From: Convolutriloba macropyga | Lineage: Eukaryota | Assembly: GCF_964194025.1 (NCBI RefSeq) | Contig: NC_134480.1 | Span: 36,952,001 to 37,016,000 of the forward strand | Direction: 5' to 3' | DNA length: 64,000 nucleotides | Shown here: one piece after another, positions 20,574-34,004 of the stretch | How positions within the stretch are numbered: the first letter of the stretch is position 1 | Layout of the letters: the number at the start of each line of letters is the position of its first letter | The notes under the pieces: generated by a model | The model's database searches: none | The model's input: the letters and a program-made list of their open reading frames with translations, nothing else | Told to the model about the DNA's origin: nothing | Program-made: the position numbers and the translations under genes

Positions 20574-23500
20574 TAACGCTAAAACTAAATGCTTAGCCAT
20601 CTTAACAGAAACCCTGCCCTAACTTTTGTTTACCTTCAATTTAACTTAACTTTTTTAACGTGTAGTGTATCGTTTTTGTTTAGCAAAAGTCGTGTTTCTG
20701 AGAACCGATCAAATTAACTGTGCGTAATTATGCTGAAACATGCCTCTAATGTAAATTGTTAATTTGTAATCAGCCAGTATTGAACGTTTCGATCAAAAGA
20801 GAAATAAATCGATTGTTATTCTATTAGTAATTTGGCGAATTGGGAACTTTTTATTCGATTTATTAATCGATCTGACTCAAAACGAAAAATTTAAATATAA
20901 CTTTATATCTATACGCATGAAAGCGGAGTAGGAGATAATCAAGTTGAAGTTTGCTTGCTTTTCAATTTTTACTGGTGCAAAATGCGAACCAAGCATTTTT
21001 ACAAAGCTTTTAAAAAGCTGAATGACCTAGTGCAGGCTGAAAGAAATTCAGGGAACTTCATAATATCTTAGTTATCTCATGCGATGAACCAGGAAAAGTT
21101 CTGTTGAGATACCAGAAATTTGCACGAAAGAGTTTCAATTAAAAGAGGCAGGCTCGAGCTTCACAAAACGAAAGATTAAACAAAAAATGCGAGGAAGGAA
21201 AAACTATTTGTTAATCTACGTTTGAAGGGTACTCACTTGATATATTTGATAGTTTTCATCGTAAAGTTTAATAATATGTTTTTGCTGGCTAGAATTTATG
21301 CACTAGAATGAAATATGATAGCAAAACGTAAAGTTTCAGACTTTGCTTGTCTCTCTGGATTTCTCTAATGACAATAATTTTCGACATAATTCAGTTGTAA
21401 TTTTCATACCTCAAAAAAATTGGTCATTTTTTTAAGCATACTACAAGGGACTGTGCACCATGGGGTTTGTAACCATGAGAAGAAAATGCGATAGTTTTCT
21501 CAGATAATTAGGGATCGTTGCCATCTGTTACGATTTTTCTGTGTGTTGCAGGGTTAAAGCTGCTAAGCACATTTTTTTGTTTGCATTGCTATCTTAATCC
21601 GAAAAAGCAGTCAGTTAAAAACTATCAAGAATTGCATTGTTTTGCTTTTATTCGAAATTTTTTTTGTAATGTAGTAGTCCTGTTATACATTATGAGGGCT
21701 TAATTGGCACGTCAAAGGATGTCAGAATTTACTTGCCAACACGACTTTTAAGTAAATCTTTATTGTTTCAATCCCAAATGTCTCGGGGTTTATATACATA
21801 ACACACACGAGCAACATTATATTTTCTTTTGTATAGTATCTCTCAAAGTATATGATATATTATTCAAGTACAACAGGGATAAAAGCGTTAGCCAAGAAAT
21901 CCTCTTTGAAAACCCTTAAGAATCCGAAACGGAGCACACTCTCTAATCCTAGTGAACTTACTGGCCTGTTTATGTGTTAATTCAGCCCTGGAAACGTTTT
22001 TTTTTATCTTGGCCGCTTTGCTCTACGAAAATATTGAAATACCTTTATTGGTGGCTTCAAAAACTTTTATTTCAACCCGCAATATTTAAATTTGAAATTA
22101 TCAAATTGTTTTCGCAGTCATATATGTTTTAGAAGTTAGCACTGACATATTCCAGTGCTTAGTAGGGATAAATTTTAAGCCCGCAAAAGTCGTCTAACTA
22201 TCAGCTGACGAAGAACTTCTGCACATATAATTTTTGTCAACTTAAATGGAAAAAAAATCATTTTTCCAAATTGTATGCCATGAGCACTGAATCTGAGTAA
22301 AAGCAATTAGTCTTGAATTTTTGCTTGCCGCAGGGGATTTCGTGTTTGCAAATTTCCTATCATCCAGAACAGTTATGCAATTTCATGACCGATAATCAAG
22401 CTCGGCAAAAAAAACTAATTGTAATAGCTGCTCTCCAAATCCGTTGAGACGAGGAAAGCTTTACAGTTTGTTTCAGCACTCACTTTGATTAAGCGGTTCA
22501 AAATTTTCCGGATTTTTTGTTTTTGCGGTTAGCTATCGTAACTGTTTATCCGCTATATTCTTAGCGTTGCATTCCATTCAGCTCGTAACTATTTGCTTAT
22601 CTTAGTTTTTTCGGTATTGAATTGGACTGGATTGCTACAGATCACATAATACGGGATCTCTATGTGTATTCCAATTCAATCCAATAGAAAAACAAATCGA
22701 AGACAAAGATACATGTCTAAGACCTGTTTGTGCAAAAATTTTTAACCCTTATCTTATGTTGGGTTTGCCCTTTGAACTCACAAGTTGAAATACCAGAAGC
22801 TGGTTTTCGTAACAGTTGAATGGCGGCTCCAATAATTTGTAGATACAAGACACAATAACAATTAATATACTGCTTAAGAATAGCATTCACTTTCAATACA
22901 ATACACAGAAACAATTTACTGCTCAAGAATATTTTTAAACGCAAGACACAGTAACACGTTATTTACTGCTCAAATCAGTTTATGATTAATTTTGCGATAT
23001 TTTGCTGATGTATATGAAGAAATCCGTTTGTTAGGGATAATACTGTTGAGTCTGATTGTGTTGCTAGTGTTATTTCCCTCTTTTCTTCCACATCACGTGA
23101 CTGTGACTGTACTGGTAATTTTTTTTAAAACTGGGACTATTACAATGACTAATGGACAACTAATACAAAATAATTTCCCCTATCTCAGTTTTAGGGCTGA
23201 TGTATCTAGCTAGGCATGCTGTGAAAGCTCAGCTTCAACACTAAAAGCAACTGTTCCACTTGGAACCTTCAAAATTATTTTACATATAATTGGCAAAAAA
23301 TTTAACTTTTCTTTGTGAACATGGAATTAGAGAATTGAGGTTGAACAGAAACAACGCTCTTGTTGCTTTCTCTGAAGCCTGACTGATCGGAGCTTGCAAA
23401 TATGTTCCTCTGAGTACTGAAATTGAATTTCGTCAGTTATGACTAGTTAATGAATCGTTTATTTTAAGGTGTATAATTTTTAGGTGTCAGCATTTTATGC

Positions 23501-24281
23501 AGTAAGCAATACTACTCTTCGTTCAATTGCTACTACACAATTATGAGGTCTGTCTCACATCAAAACCAAAACATCTACATTTTGTTGACACTTTTTTTTA
23601 TTTGTTTATCAATGTCATTTGTAGTTTTGCAACCTTTCTGTTTTTTAATCTAGGCTTCAAGGTCTCGAAAGGTGAGATAATTGTATAAAGAATGGTCATA
23701 ACCGACTGAAATCAAGTGTGTTTGTCAAAAACTTAACTGAATTCTTCTCAAATGAAGTTTTTTCAACCGATTTCTTCTGAATTAACAACTGATGTCGTTT
23801 ATCTCTCATTCATGACTGACGTATGGATCATGATAAATTTTCTTCTTCATTTACTAATTAATTGCTGACTGGTAGAGACGATATCACTGATGCTCTTTTA
23901 CTTATTCTAATTGAATTTGTATTATCCAAACAATGTCGACAAAAAATAATTGATTATTCCTCTGAAAACTAGAAACAATCTGTAATTGGTTTTAATTCAG
24001 CTACATTTTTTTTTACAAAAATTGAAGGAGAGTTAACTTTCAAGAAAGAATTCTGATATCAGTAAATTAGTTACCTAGCGTGCTTGTTCAAAATAATTTA
24101 ACTTGAAAAAAGTAGTTTTTGAACATTTTTGTTTCAAATGAGAGCAAACAAAGACAAACATCTAAGAATGCGGATGTAGTATTGTGAAATTTCGATGAAA
24201 CTTATTTATTTAATGGAAATGGCTAACGTTTACTTAATTAGATATGTTAATAAGAGTATGCTAACTAAATTTCGTATATAG

Positions 24282-24611
24282 GTCGGAATTGACTTAGCAC
24301 CCAAAAAGGACACCCCACTCAACGAATACCTCCAGATGGGTCTGGAAAAACACCTGGAAGACCTCAACGCAATCAGTTCCCAGGCATCCAAGGAATACGC
24401 TGTTGAAAAAGCCCTGGAGAAGATGAAGAAACAGTGGGAAAGCATGCAGTTTGCGTTCACATCCTACAAGGATACTGGAATCCCGATTCTGAACTCGATT
24501 GATGACATCCAGGTGTTGCTTGATGACCACATTGTGAAGAGTGCGACTATGAAGGGGTCTCCGTTCATTGGTCCGTTTGAGGATGAAATTATGCAGTGGG
24601 ATGTAACTCTG
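24282..24611 (+). CDS. DNAH7: Axonemal dynein heavy chain exon
   Basis: 330 nt, phase 0: VGIDLAP...ISSQASKEYAVEKALEKMKKQW...DDIQVLLDDHIVKSATMKGSPFIGPFE..WDVTL|GTTAGT. Confidence 0.93.
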
Positions 24612-25316
24612 GTTAGTGTTTTTATAATAACCTAAACTATAACAGTCTAACTCTTGATGATAAAAAAAGAATAACCAACTGCCGTTACAAACTAAAGTTA
24701 CAAAATTGCGAAGAAGAAATATTTCTTCTCAATCGCAACATTTCTTTTATCTACTTTTAATTGAAAAAATAATAAGAAGCAGCTTCGATTACTTTTGTGC
24801 CTTTAGGTTGAGTCTGATTTAAACCTTCTTTGTAGCAACTGTTTAACTCTCAATAATTTTTGATGAATATCCAGCTAGCAGTTAGGCATTCAGAACTACC
24901 CAATATATTGTCAAAAAATAATACACAAGTAGCAGTAGGAAACACTAAACCTTACTGCAATAATTCGTAACATTTTCCTATTCGCTTCGAAAATATAAAT
25001 TTTGAAATAGTTGAATCAATCCAGAACGGGCCGCTGAAACTAAGCTGTGAGTAAAAAATGTAGACTTATCTTACAATTTAAAAGGACTTTTGGTATGAGA
25101 GTTTTTCCGCAAAATATATAAAAAAACTGCAGTTCGTTCATTTCTATTTTTAAAAAAATCGTTTTGTGTAAAATAGTAGACGTAAATTTGAAGATGAATT
25201 TCTGTCCGAGTACCCTTAAACTGCTTCAAGGCATCACTCGAATAGGCTTATTTGAAGCCTATCGATGACCTGTTGGAACTGAGAGACGTGTTTGTGCTGA
25301 GTGGATAACATGTCCT

Positions 25317-25669
25317 NNNNNNNNNNNNNNNNNNNNNNNNNNNNNNNNNNNNNNNNNNNNNNNNNNNNNNNNNNNNNNNNNNNNNNNNNNNNNNNNNNNN
25401 NNNNNNNNNNNNNNNNNNNNNNNNNNNNNNNNNNNNNNNNNNNNNNNNNNNNNNNNNNNNNNNNNNNNNNNNNNNNNNNNNNNNNNNNNNNNNNNNNNNN
25501 NNNNNNNNNNNNNNNNNNNNNNNNNNNNNNNNNNNNNNNNNNNNNNNNNNNNNNNNNNNNNNNNNNNNNNNNNNNNNNNNNNNNNNNNNNNNNNNNNNNN
25601 NNNNNNNNNNNNNNNNNNNNNNNNNNNNNNNNNNNNNNNNNNNNNNNNNNNNNNNNNNNNNNNNNNNNN
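25317..25669. other. Assembly gap (353 N)
   Basis: Run of N. Confidence 1.
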
Positions 25670-28066
25670 GAGCATCGAAACTCTTAACCAGTGAGCATAA
25701 CAGCTTTGATAATTAGGCCGACATGGTAGGATAAAAGTCTTTATGTGTTTTGAGAAAACAAACAACAAAATTTTTGAAATGTTTCTAGCAAAAACGATGT
25801 AAATTTTGCTTTTTTTATTTTGCTTTTTTTTATTGGTTGTAATTAATTTATTTTTGAACTGTGAAATCAACTATTCTAATATAGTGACAACTGATTGTTT
25901 GCTACTCTGCGACAGTATTTGTTAAATAATTGTAAATATGAGTGGAAATTTTTATCCCCTTGGAGGGAAGTTTGGCGCGAAAAACCGAAAAGGTTTTTCT
26001 ATCAGATCAGTCTCTACTGCTCGACTGATGAACACTATGCTATCCGGTTCTACAAAGGGTTAGTTTTGCATTTTTTTTTTCAAAAAGATGAGAGTAGTTT
26101 CTCTAATTAGCTGCTGCTGTGATTACGATTCATTGGGTTAATAAATTTTCAAAAAATGGCGTTTTCTCTAAAATTTACGCTTTCTTTATATAACTCTTAC
26201 TAAATGTTTCATTTCTTGTTCAGTTTTTTTGACGCCACTCTTTGCAGTTGTAGTATAGATTGAAAATCCATACTGTAATAATGGCTGTGCAAAAGTTTCG
26301 TAAGCAAAATGGATTGATTTTTAAGATAGTCAATTCTCAGCTAATGACTGGTAGCCAAAAAGACATTCATTTTATGAATCAATTACCGAATGTGATCTTC
26401 AAAACAGAGTTTTTTGTCACTCGCCATTCCAAGTAAACGTATTTCTTTTTGTTTTTAATTCGAGTTGTCTCAATCAAGAATGCGTTTGCTCACACAATTT
26501 TTAGAAAACTGACCAAAAAAATTTTTATCAAGGGTCAAAGTTAACTTATTTCCGTTCCACCAATTGTTGATTTGATTCATGCCTATGACAAGTTAACATA
26601 CACCTGACTGACTAAGTGGTATCAAAGAGGTTAGGCTCGTTGAAGTTTCTGGAAGATCGTTTACTTACAAGATGAGCAGTGTAGATCCCAGAATTGAGCC
26701 GTGAGGATTTATTCTTAAAAATGGAAAGAGAATTTCATTTTCCCGCAACCTGTTTTTCTGTTCTCTGTTTATTAGATAGCTTTTTTGAAAGGTTTTCACA
26801 GTTCCATGGACACCCATTCTGTATAACAACTCTACGAGATGTTAGTGACCTACAGTGTCAAAAACTTTTTTAATTCCAGAAAGATTTCATGTGGTGCAGT
26901 TGCTGGTCTGTTCAATTTGCGTCTGATCGAATCTACAACTCAATTCAAGACCTCTCAAACTGATTGTTGTGCAGCTGATTTGTATGGTTGAGAAATTGGG
27001 TATTTCTGAAGTAGATATATTGTCAACTACTTTTAATGTTGCAGGTAAAAAAATGGATCTGTAGGTAATAGGTTCAAATTCTGTCCAAATTTAGAAAGTG
27101 GGATGAGAACTGCTCCCATCAGGCATTCCAGGAATGTTTGAGTTTCCAGTGCTTTGTTTTTCAGAATTGTCATTGGGTGAAAATTTCCAACTAAAACTAT
27201 TACGAAACCACTTGTTTCAAACAAATAGTTACTTCATTAGCAAGGAAATTAGAACTTTTTTAATCCTCTGCTTTACTAACATAATCCACATAGATTTGAG
27301 GGTTTTTTCAGAATTCAACATGATATCACATTTTTCGTTCAATTTTTCTGCGACAGAAATGAAAAACTGGATGAACTCATGACACTGCTGGGCTGTGAAA
27401 ATGAGCATTGTGGGAAGGAATCTGCATGACTAAAAACGCCAGCTTTTAACCAGTCTATTTTTTTTGCTCTTGGGCGCTGCAATGCACCCATTGCGCAATA
27501 GGCTAGCGGGTGACAGACAGAAAAGATCCCAATGGTTGAATGCTAAAAAAGTCTTCACAATTTAGCTTAGCTATCATGCATAGTCAAATCAAGTGTTCAA
27601 ATCAAATTCAGCTGAAATAATGGTGGTAAATGAGCTGAATCCAAAAAGAAATGAGCTGTATTGGTTGCAAAAAACGCGAATAGTAAGGCAATTGAGCTGG
27701 AAAAAAAAAACCGTTGAAACGAGGTCACTGAGAAGCTTTATGGTAATGAGACATGAGCTGAATTAGACGACTGGCTAATCATTCAGCTTCAGTTCATTTC
27801 CAGATTTTTTGCTCTTTTCCTACGTTTTTTTGCAACTCTTTCTGCTCAATTTTGGGTTTTTTTCAGATCATTCAGCTGAACAAACTACAGGGTTTTCAGC
27901 TGATTTTTTTTTCAAAGATTCATCCCTTAATTAGTTGATTTTTTTTTGTTTACTGACATTTCTTGGACTAGGGTATGATGCAGATTGCGTCGTGATTTGA
28001 TACTTTTCGTTCATCAAAATAAATCATGAATGAGGAATCATATTCTTGAACCTTATTTTTGTGCAG

Positions 28067-28206
28067 CACCGAATGAAAGCAATTCTGGAGACGTGGTTGA
28101 GTGTACAAAGCAGCTGGTTGTACCTGGAACCCATTTTTGGATCAGAGGACATTCGAAGACAGATTCCACTGGAAGGAGGCATGTTCGAAAATGTACACAA
28201 TGCATG
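28067..28206 (+). CDS. DNAH7: Axonemal dynein heavy chain exon
   Basis: GTGCAG|HRMKAILETWLSVQSSWLYLEPIFGSEDIRRQIPLEG..NA(W)|GTCAGT, phase 2. Confidence 0.93.
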
Positions 28207-29180
28207 GTCAGTTAGATTAACTAACTTTTTGTTCAGCAAGATCATCAATTCTTTCAAAAAGACTTCCTATTGCTCAAAATTCTTAGGATCAGAGACCGCA
28301 ATACATCATAACTTATGCTGCATAATGATACTATAAGGTTCCAATGTTTCGGAGATGTTAAGTGGCAATGAAACAAATTTAAAAGAAACAAATTTAACAC
28401 AACCACAGTAAAACCGATATTGATGATTGCCTTAGGAAGATCTTGTTATGCTATATTTTCATAATAGATCTTGACATATTTTGGTGATAAAATGCCCAAA
28501 CACATGCAAACACCCTCAAACTTTGTAAATATTTAAGCATAGGACAGAATTGTAAGCGAGAACTTATCGACAAATTTTCACAAACAAGAAATAATTGCTT
28601 TCAGTCTAAAATAATGTGTACTTACAATTTTGCATTAATTGCCATTGATTCCTGTTTTGTTTTAAGGGACGGCTGGGAGAAAATCAACAACGTCTTGTAT
28701 GTTCTTTTCAGATAGCTGCAGAAATCATTTAACTCATTTTTCACGCTTTCATTTTTAATCGCTCATTTTTCATGCCTGCGTCATTGCCAATCAAAAAATC
28801 AATAACTCAAATAAATAACTCAAATCAATAACTCAAATGACACCAATCGATTAGTTGCTGATTTGAAACAGGATTCAACCGTTTGCACACCTGAGTGTGA
28901 TTAAGCAGAGATGTTGAAGTATCTTCCCGGGTCAAGGTCTCAACGGGAAAAATTGCTGAAAATGTAGAAATGGCGAATTGAGGCGAATGCGATGAAAAAA
29001 TTTGCAGCCAAGTATTTTCGGTTGAAACTTCGACCCGGATATGTTCAACAATTTGGGATTCAATCATTTTAGAACAGACCGTTTTGCTTTTCATTATATT
29101 GTCATCGGAAAATTTGTTCCGCATATATTTTGTAATATTACAAGTTAATTCGATTATTTATTTGTTTGTTTTTGGTTTAG

Positions 29181-29271
29181 GCTACGTATCATGAGTGCCG
29201 CCAAAGATGACAATTCTGCTCTTACAGTTTTGTCTATTCCGAGAATGCTGGAAGATTTGGCCGAAAGCGAA
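29181..29271 (+). CDS. DNAH7: Axonemal dynein heavy chain exon (not in the ORF track)
   Basis: TTTAG|G completes the Trp codon, then LRIMSAAKDDNSALTVLSIPRMLEDLAESE|GTTAGT; 91 nt restores phase 0 into the next exon. Confidence 0.85.
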
Positions 29272-29724
29272 GTTAGTATGAATATTGTCTAGATTACAAG
29301 ATAAGGAGAGATAAAGTTTTATTTCTTCCTCGATACGAAGTTTCATGCAGCTCAGCCGAACACTCATGTCACGATCAATATGACGAATTTGGTCCGACTT
29401 AACTAAATGTTGAACGTTCGTTGAGTTAAGTGCTTCAAACCATTTAGCCATAGTTTATATTTTGTTTTTTTTTTCGGTAAATGTTTGTTTTTTTTTGTTT
29501 CGAGAGACACTTGTTTTTGTTCTCTTTATTAACCAAATTAGTGGAAATATTTGATGACTTAATGGTTATAGTTTTTTTAAAAAAAAAACATAAAATTTAC
29601 TTTTTACAAAACCATGGGTTAGATGAGAAGTATGAGTAAGCGGCAAAAAATGATCAAGAATTTACACTATCTTTTTAAATTTGTCAAATGACTCCAGACA
29701 TATGCATTAAATTGTATCTTGCAG

Positions 29725-30024
29725 ATGCTGCTGGAACTGATTCAGAAGGGTCTGAACAAGTACCTGGAAGAGAAGCGTCTGTACTTCCCTCGATTCTTCT
29801 TCCTCTCAAACGACGAACTCCTCGAGATCCTCTCTGAAACCCAGGACCCTGCCAGGGTGCAACCCCATCTCAAAAAGTGCTTCGAGGGCATTACTAAGCT
29901 GGGTTTTGATAACGATGGAACTGTGATCACGGCCATAGAGTCCAGTGAGGGAGAGAGGGTGTCGCTGTCAACATCCGTGGATACCAGGAGGTCCAAGGGA
30001 CTGGTCGAGAAATGGCTGTTGGAG
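29725..30024 (+). CDS. DNAH7: Axonemal dynein heavy chain exon
   Basis: [56 protein letters not shown]...GLVEKWLLE; hallmark linker motif. Confidence 0.95.
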
Positions 30025-30638
30025 GTATGTCTTGTCATCAGTTGACCACAAGCTAGAGAATTTTTATCGAATTTTTTGTTTCAACAGTGCATTGGCGTTA
30101 TAACGTGCATAGTGTATATTAATATTGGATTGGTAGTTTAAACTGGTTTGACCAACGGTTAAAATCTCGAGAAACCATTCTTTCGTTGTATTTCAACTGT
30201 TAGCTTGTAACATTTTCCGATACGGCTCCGGCGGTTTTAACTGAATGTTACATGGATCTTATTTCATTGTGTAAGATCTTGCACAATGAAATAAGATTGT
30301 GTAAGATCTTGCACAAGCTAATGATGATATGACTACTGATGAGCTGGCAAGATGTCACATGATTCAGAATCGTGTCATTTCTTTTGTTTGTACGGTCATT
30401 GTCATTTGATTGACATATCTATTGGTACAGACTCTGGATAGAGTTTCATAGGTCGGTCTCATCAGATCTGATTTGGTCTGCGCACCTCGTTTTGGGTCTT
30501 TAAACAACTATAATCATAATTTGCAAATTGATCTTCAATTTTGCTGACTAAAGTGTTTGATTATGTCTCATCTTTTTCCTCTGTGACTCGATATGCACTA
30601 GGGCACAGTGACTGACGTGCAATCTATTTGTATTTCAG

Positions 30639-30791
30639 GTCCAGACGGAGATGCAAAAGAGTCTGCAGTCTATAATGCGGAAGAGTACTATATCTTATGC
30701 CAACTGCGAGAGGAGTCAATGGGTGATGAGATGGCCAGGACAGATTGTGCTCTCCGCGTCCCAGATCCACTGGACTGCTGAAACCGTCAAG
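30639..30791 (+). CDS. DNAH7: Axonemal dynein heavy chain exon (not in the ORF track)
   Basis: TTTCAG|VQTEMQKSL...RSQWVMRWPGQIVLSASQIHWTAETVK|GT; W...WPGQ.....QI.WT motif. Confidence 0.92.
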
Positions 30792-30961
30792 GTCACTTGA
30801 TGTTTTGGGACTCTACATCATTATATCCATGTCCTCCTCACTAATTAACCAGAAAACAAGCCATTGAACTGTCTTCATTTCCCAAGAGGAATAAGGGGAA
30901 TGACACTTTATAAATATTGTTTATAAATTATCATATTTGTTAGACTATGCAAACTTTTGTC

Positions 30962-31100
30962 GGGTCTTTCCCATCATAGCCCCCCCCATGAAATTATAGC
31001 CCCCCTTTATTGTATATTTACCATGATTGGGGGGGGGGGGGGGGGGTTATAGGTTATCTGACCACTAAGCTGGGGGAGGGGGCTATAATGGGAAAGACCC
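30962..31100. mobile_element. 139-bp MITE with ~24-bp TIRs and 8-bp TSD
   Basis: GGGTCTTTCCCATCATAGCCCCC ... GGGGGCTATAATGGGAAAGACCC, flanked by CTTTTGTC at 30954-30961 and 31101-31108. Confidence 0.9.
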
Positions 31101-31306
31101 CTTTTGTCAGTAAAACAATCATAAGTTTCTTCACCCAGTGTCATGAAAACGAAATTTTGTTCACGTTGGAAGAGAATAAGCAGTTCCTGAAAACCTATTT
31201 AGAAATAAAAAAAAGTGATAAGAATGTCATTTTCCTAGCGCTAATTATATCAAAACATTTGGGTTCTTTTAAAATGCAGCTAATAACTGGAGTATAACTT
31301 TTTTAG

Positions 31307-31445
31307 GCACTGGAGCAGAATCTGCTGAAGTGGTACCATGATAAGTTGACAAAACAGATAGAAGCAGTCGTCACTATGGTCAGAGGCACTTTGAACAGTA
31401 TGGCCAGAATCACCCTAGAGTCACTCATCGTCATTGACGTACATG
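31307..31445 (+). CDS. DNAH7: Axonemal dynein heavy chain exon ending just before AAA1
   Basis: TTTTAG|ALEQNLLKWYHDKLTKQIEAVVTMVRGTLNSMARITLESLIVIDVH G|GTAAGA; VIDVH(ARD) motif. Confidence 0.93.
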
Positions 31446-31621
31446 GTAAGAGTCCTCATTTTGCTGCAAAGAGACGAAAAGGTAAAAAGAATCGGAGCCA
31501 TAGATATGTTATAAGTTTGTTTTGCAATGCGCTCTGTCACAAGCAACCAGTTATAAGTGTCACCCAACGGTAATTTCTAGAAGGTATATGGAGTGGATAA
31601 AAAGAGACATAAATTTAAATA

Positions 31622-34004
31622 TTTTTTAATAGCCGCGAAGCGATAGCGGCTATTATTGGGGACATCGTGGGTTTTTTACAATTCAAAGAGTTTGAATTGT
31701 ATTGGGGCGCTGTCTTTTTACGACTCGAAGAGGAGTATTGGAGAAGTCCTTTTTTTTTAAATCAATTTTATTGGAGTGAATTTTGAAGCGGGAAATGAAA
31801 CGCGTGAAAAAATTTGGAGTGATTTTGGGTGCTGAACAAAAGTGAAGAGCGGAGCGAAAAGAGAGTGGTTTTTTGTTCATACCGCTGGTTTTGAGAGAGC
31901 GAGAAAGTGATGTGTGAAAAAATTTTCTCTGAGCGAGCGAAATTTTTTTGTTCACGTGCGGCTTTTAAAAGCAGGTTTTTTGCAATTTTTCTTGTTTATG
32001 AGGTTTGATTATGATATTGTATTGGATTTGGGCTCGTTCTGATAGGAATTGAAGGTTTCAAGTAGTTAATTTGAGTTTTATGCAAATTTGGAGGTTTTTG
32101 ATCAGTTTTGGTGATTTTTCGACGAAATTTAATGTATTTTGGCCTTTTATTATGTTTTAATGCTTTAAGTGCAATTTTCATAGAAGCTCGTTACTCAAGG
32201 AATATCAGGGAAACAAATTGATTACAATTTTGTTGGTATAAAACATTTTTTCTGAGGAAAAATGACAGAAAAATTGAGAATTTTTTAACCAGTTTTTTAA
32301 ATTTTTTGCTTCTTTTCGTTTTTTTTTTCAATCGTAGACAATTTTATTAACTTGTTATGACTTGCCCATTATTTCTCGAGCAGTTCATTGCTCTATTTGC
32401 TCAAAGTAACTTCATTTGGCTTTATTTTTTCTTGTAAAATTTATAAAACACCTTACTTTTTCTCGTTTTTTTTGTTTAATTTGGTTTTAAATGTCGTTTC
32501 TATTCTTCCTCAACCTTTGAGAGCATTTGGGGAGTTTTCTAGTGGAATTCAGTTGTGTTAGCTCTTTTGGATGTCTCTCATTTTGATTAATATTAGTTTC
32601 GAGTTGTTTTTGTTCAAGAAAATCGAGTAAATCAGAGCAAATTTTGGCCACTTTTTGTCATTTCTAAGTTTTTTTGCCTATTTCTTCCAATTTGATGTTT
32701 TTTGCTGGCAACTTTTTCCCAATAAGGAGCATTTTTGTAGGTGTTCATACTATGAATTTTCACTTGAAGGCTTAGCAGGGTAGTTTTCATATAAACAAGT
32801 TATACAAAACTCTAATTCGTCAAAGAGTTTTTCTTAGTCTTTTTTAGTTTGTTGTTTAACGTTTCTCTGCAAGTACTAGGTGGGCCATTGATCTAGCCAA
32901 ATATATAACTAATTGATTTCTATGAGTTATGGATGGGAAGCTGCATGTTATCTTTTGGTAGAGAATTTTCTTTGGATTTTTAGAGAATAATTTTTTTTTG
33001 ATTTTGTCCTTTGTGAAGTTTCCAGTTCTCCAGTCTTTTCTTTGTGAATTGGTTACACTGTTTGTCAATTGCTAATATGCTGGTGATGCATCTGATTAGT
33101 GAGAGTAGTCAGATTTCTACTTCGAGTCGTTTCCGGAATTCTTCCGGCTATGTTTTTTTTTAAGATCTGTTCACACATTTTCATGATTTTTGAAGTCAAA
33201 TTGGAGTAGTGATTTTGGTCACGCCGATACAGGAAGTGGAGCGAAAAAGCGAGTGGCTTTGCGGCGTGAAATTTTTTCGCTCTAAATTTAAAGTAGAGTG
33301 AGAAAACGGTGTTTGAACAAAAATTCGCTTTCTCGCTAGTGGTTTTTTGTTCACATGCGGCAATTTCACTTTGATTTTTACAATTTTTTTCGATTTTTTG
33401 GATCGGATTTTTTTCTAAATGGTTTTCCCGATCAATTCATAGTCCGTTCTTGGTCTAGTTTTCAGTTTAGTCAATGAAAATTCTTTGAATTGTACGTCAG
33501 GACTTGTCCTGCTATGTTTTTTTAATTCGTCGTCTCCATCGATGATTCTTACGACCTGACTTCTTGGAATTGACTTCAGTGACTTCTATTGCTTTGCAGT
33601 TAAAATTTGTGTACGTGACGTTGTTTCTGCTTTTAGGTCAATTGCGTGACTTACCTCACTCAAAAAATTGACTTCTGAACTCACTTATGAAACTTTAATT
33701 TTTAATGAAGATTTACTAGTTAATAGTGTGCATCTAAGTTGTGCCAATCTTATATGCCCTAATTTGTGATTATTAGTCTTGAGTTTTTGATTTCGAATAT
33801 CAATTTTGAAATAGCTCTTTAAGGGCGTTTTCCTTATAGAACGTATGTGTCAAAAATTGACAGTCCGAAGCTAACCCGAAAAGTCTAGTGGTCTATTGAA
33901 GGACTGGTGGTCGATCTGTCTATCTTATTTCTTTAGGTGTTTCAATTCCTGGAAGGCCACGAGCGTCTATCGCGGCTATTTTCCGGCAATCTGCCGGCTA
34001 TGTT
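31622..34004 (+). mobile_element. Non-autonomous Helentron/HINE (DINE-1-like) element, ~2.4 kb
   Basis: 5' T-run + palindromic AATAGCCGCGAAGCGATAGCGGCTATT; 3' TCGCGGCTATT subterminal inverted repeat followed by hairpin CCGGCAATCTGCCGG and CTATGTT. No TSD, no ORF. Confidence 0.7.

Noticed and set aside
25259-25870. ORFs spanning the first N-gap (likewise most ORFs at 62135-62601)
   Set aside because: Artefacts of translating N runs; only the LGWQP... segment after the second gap looks coding.
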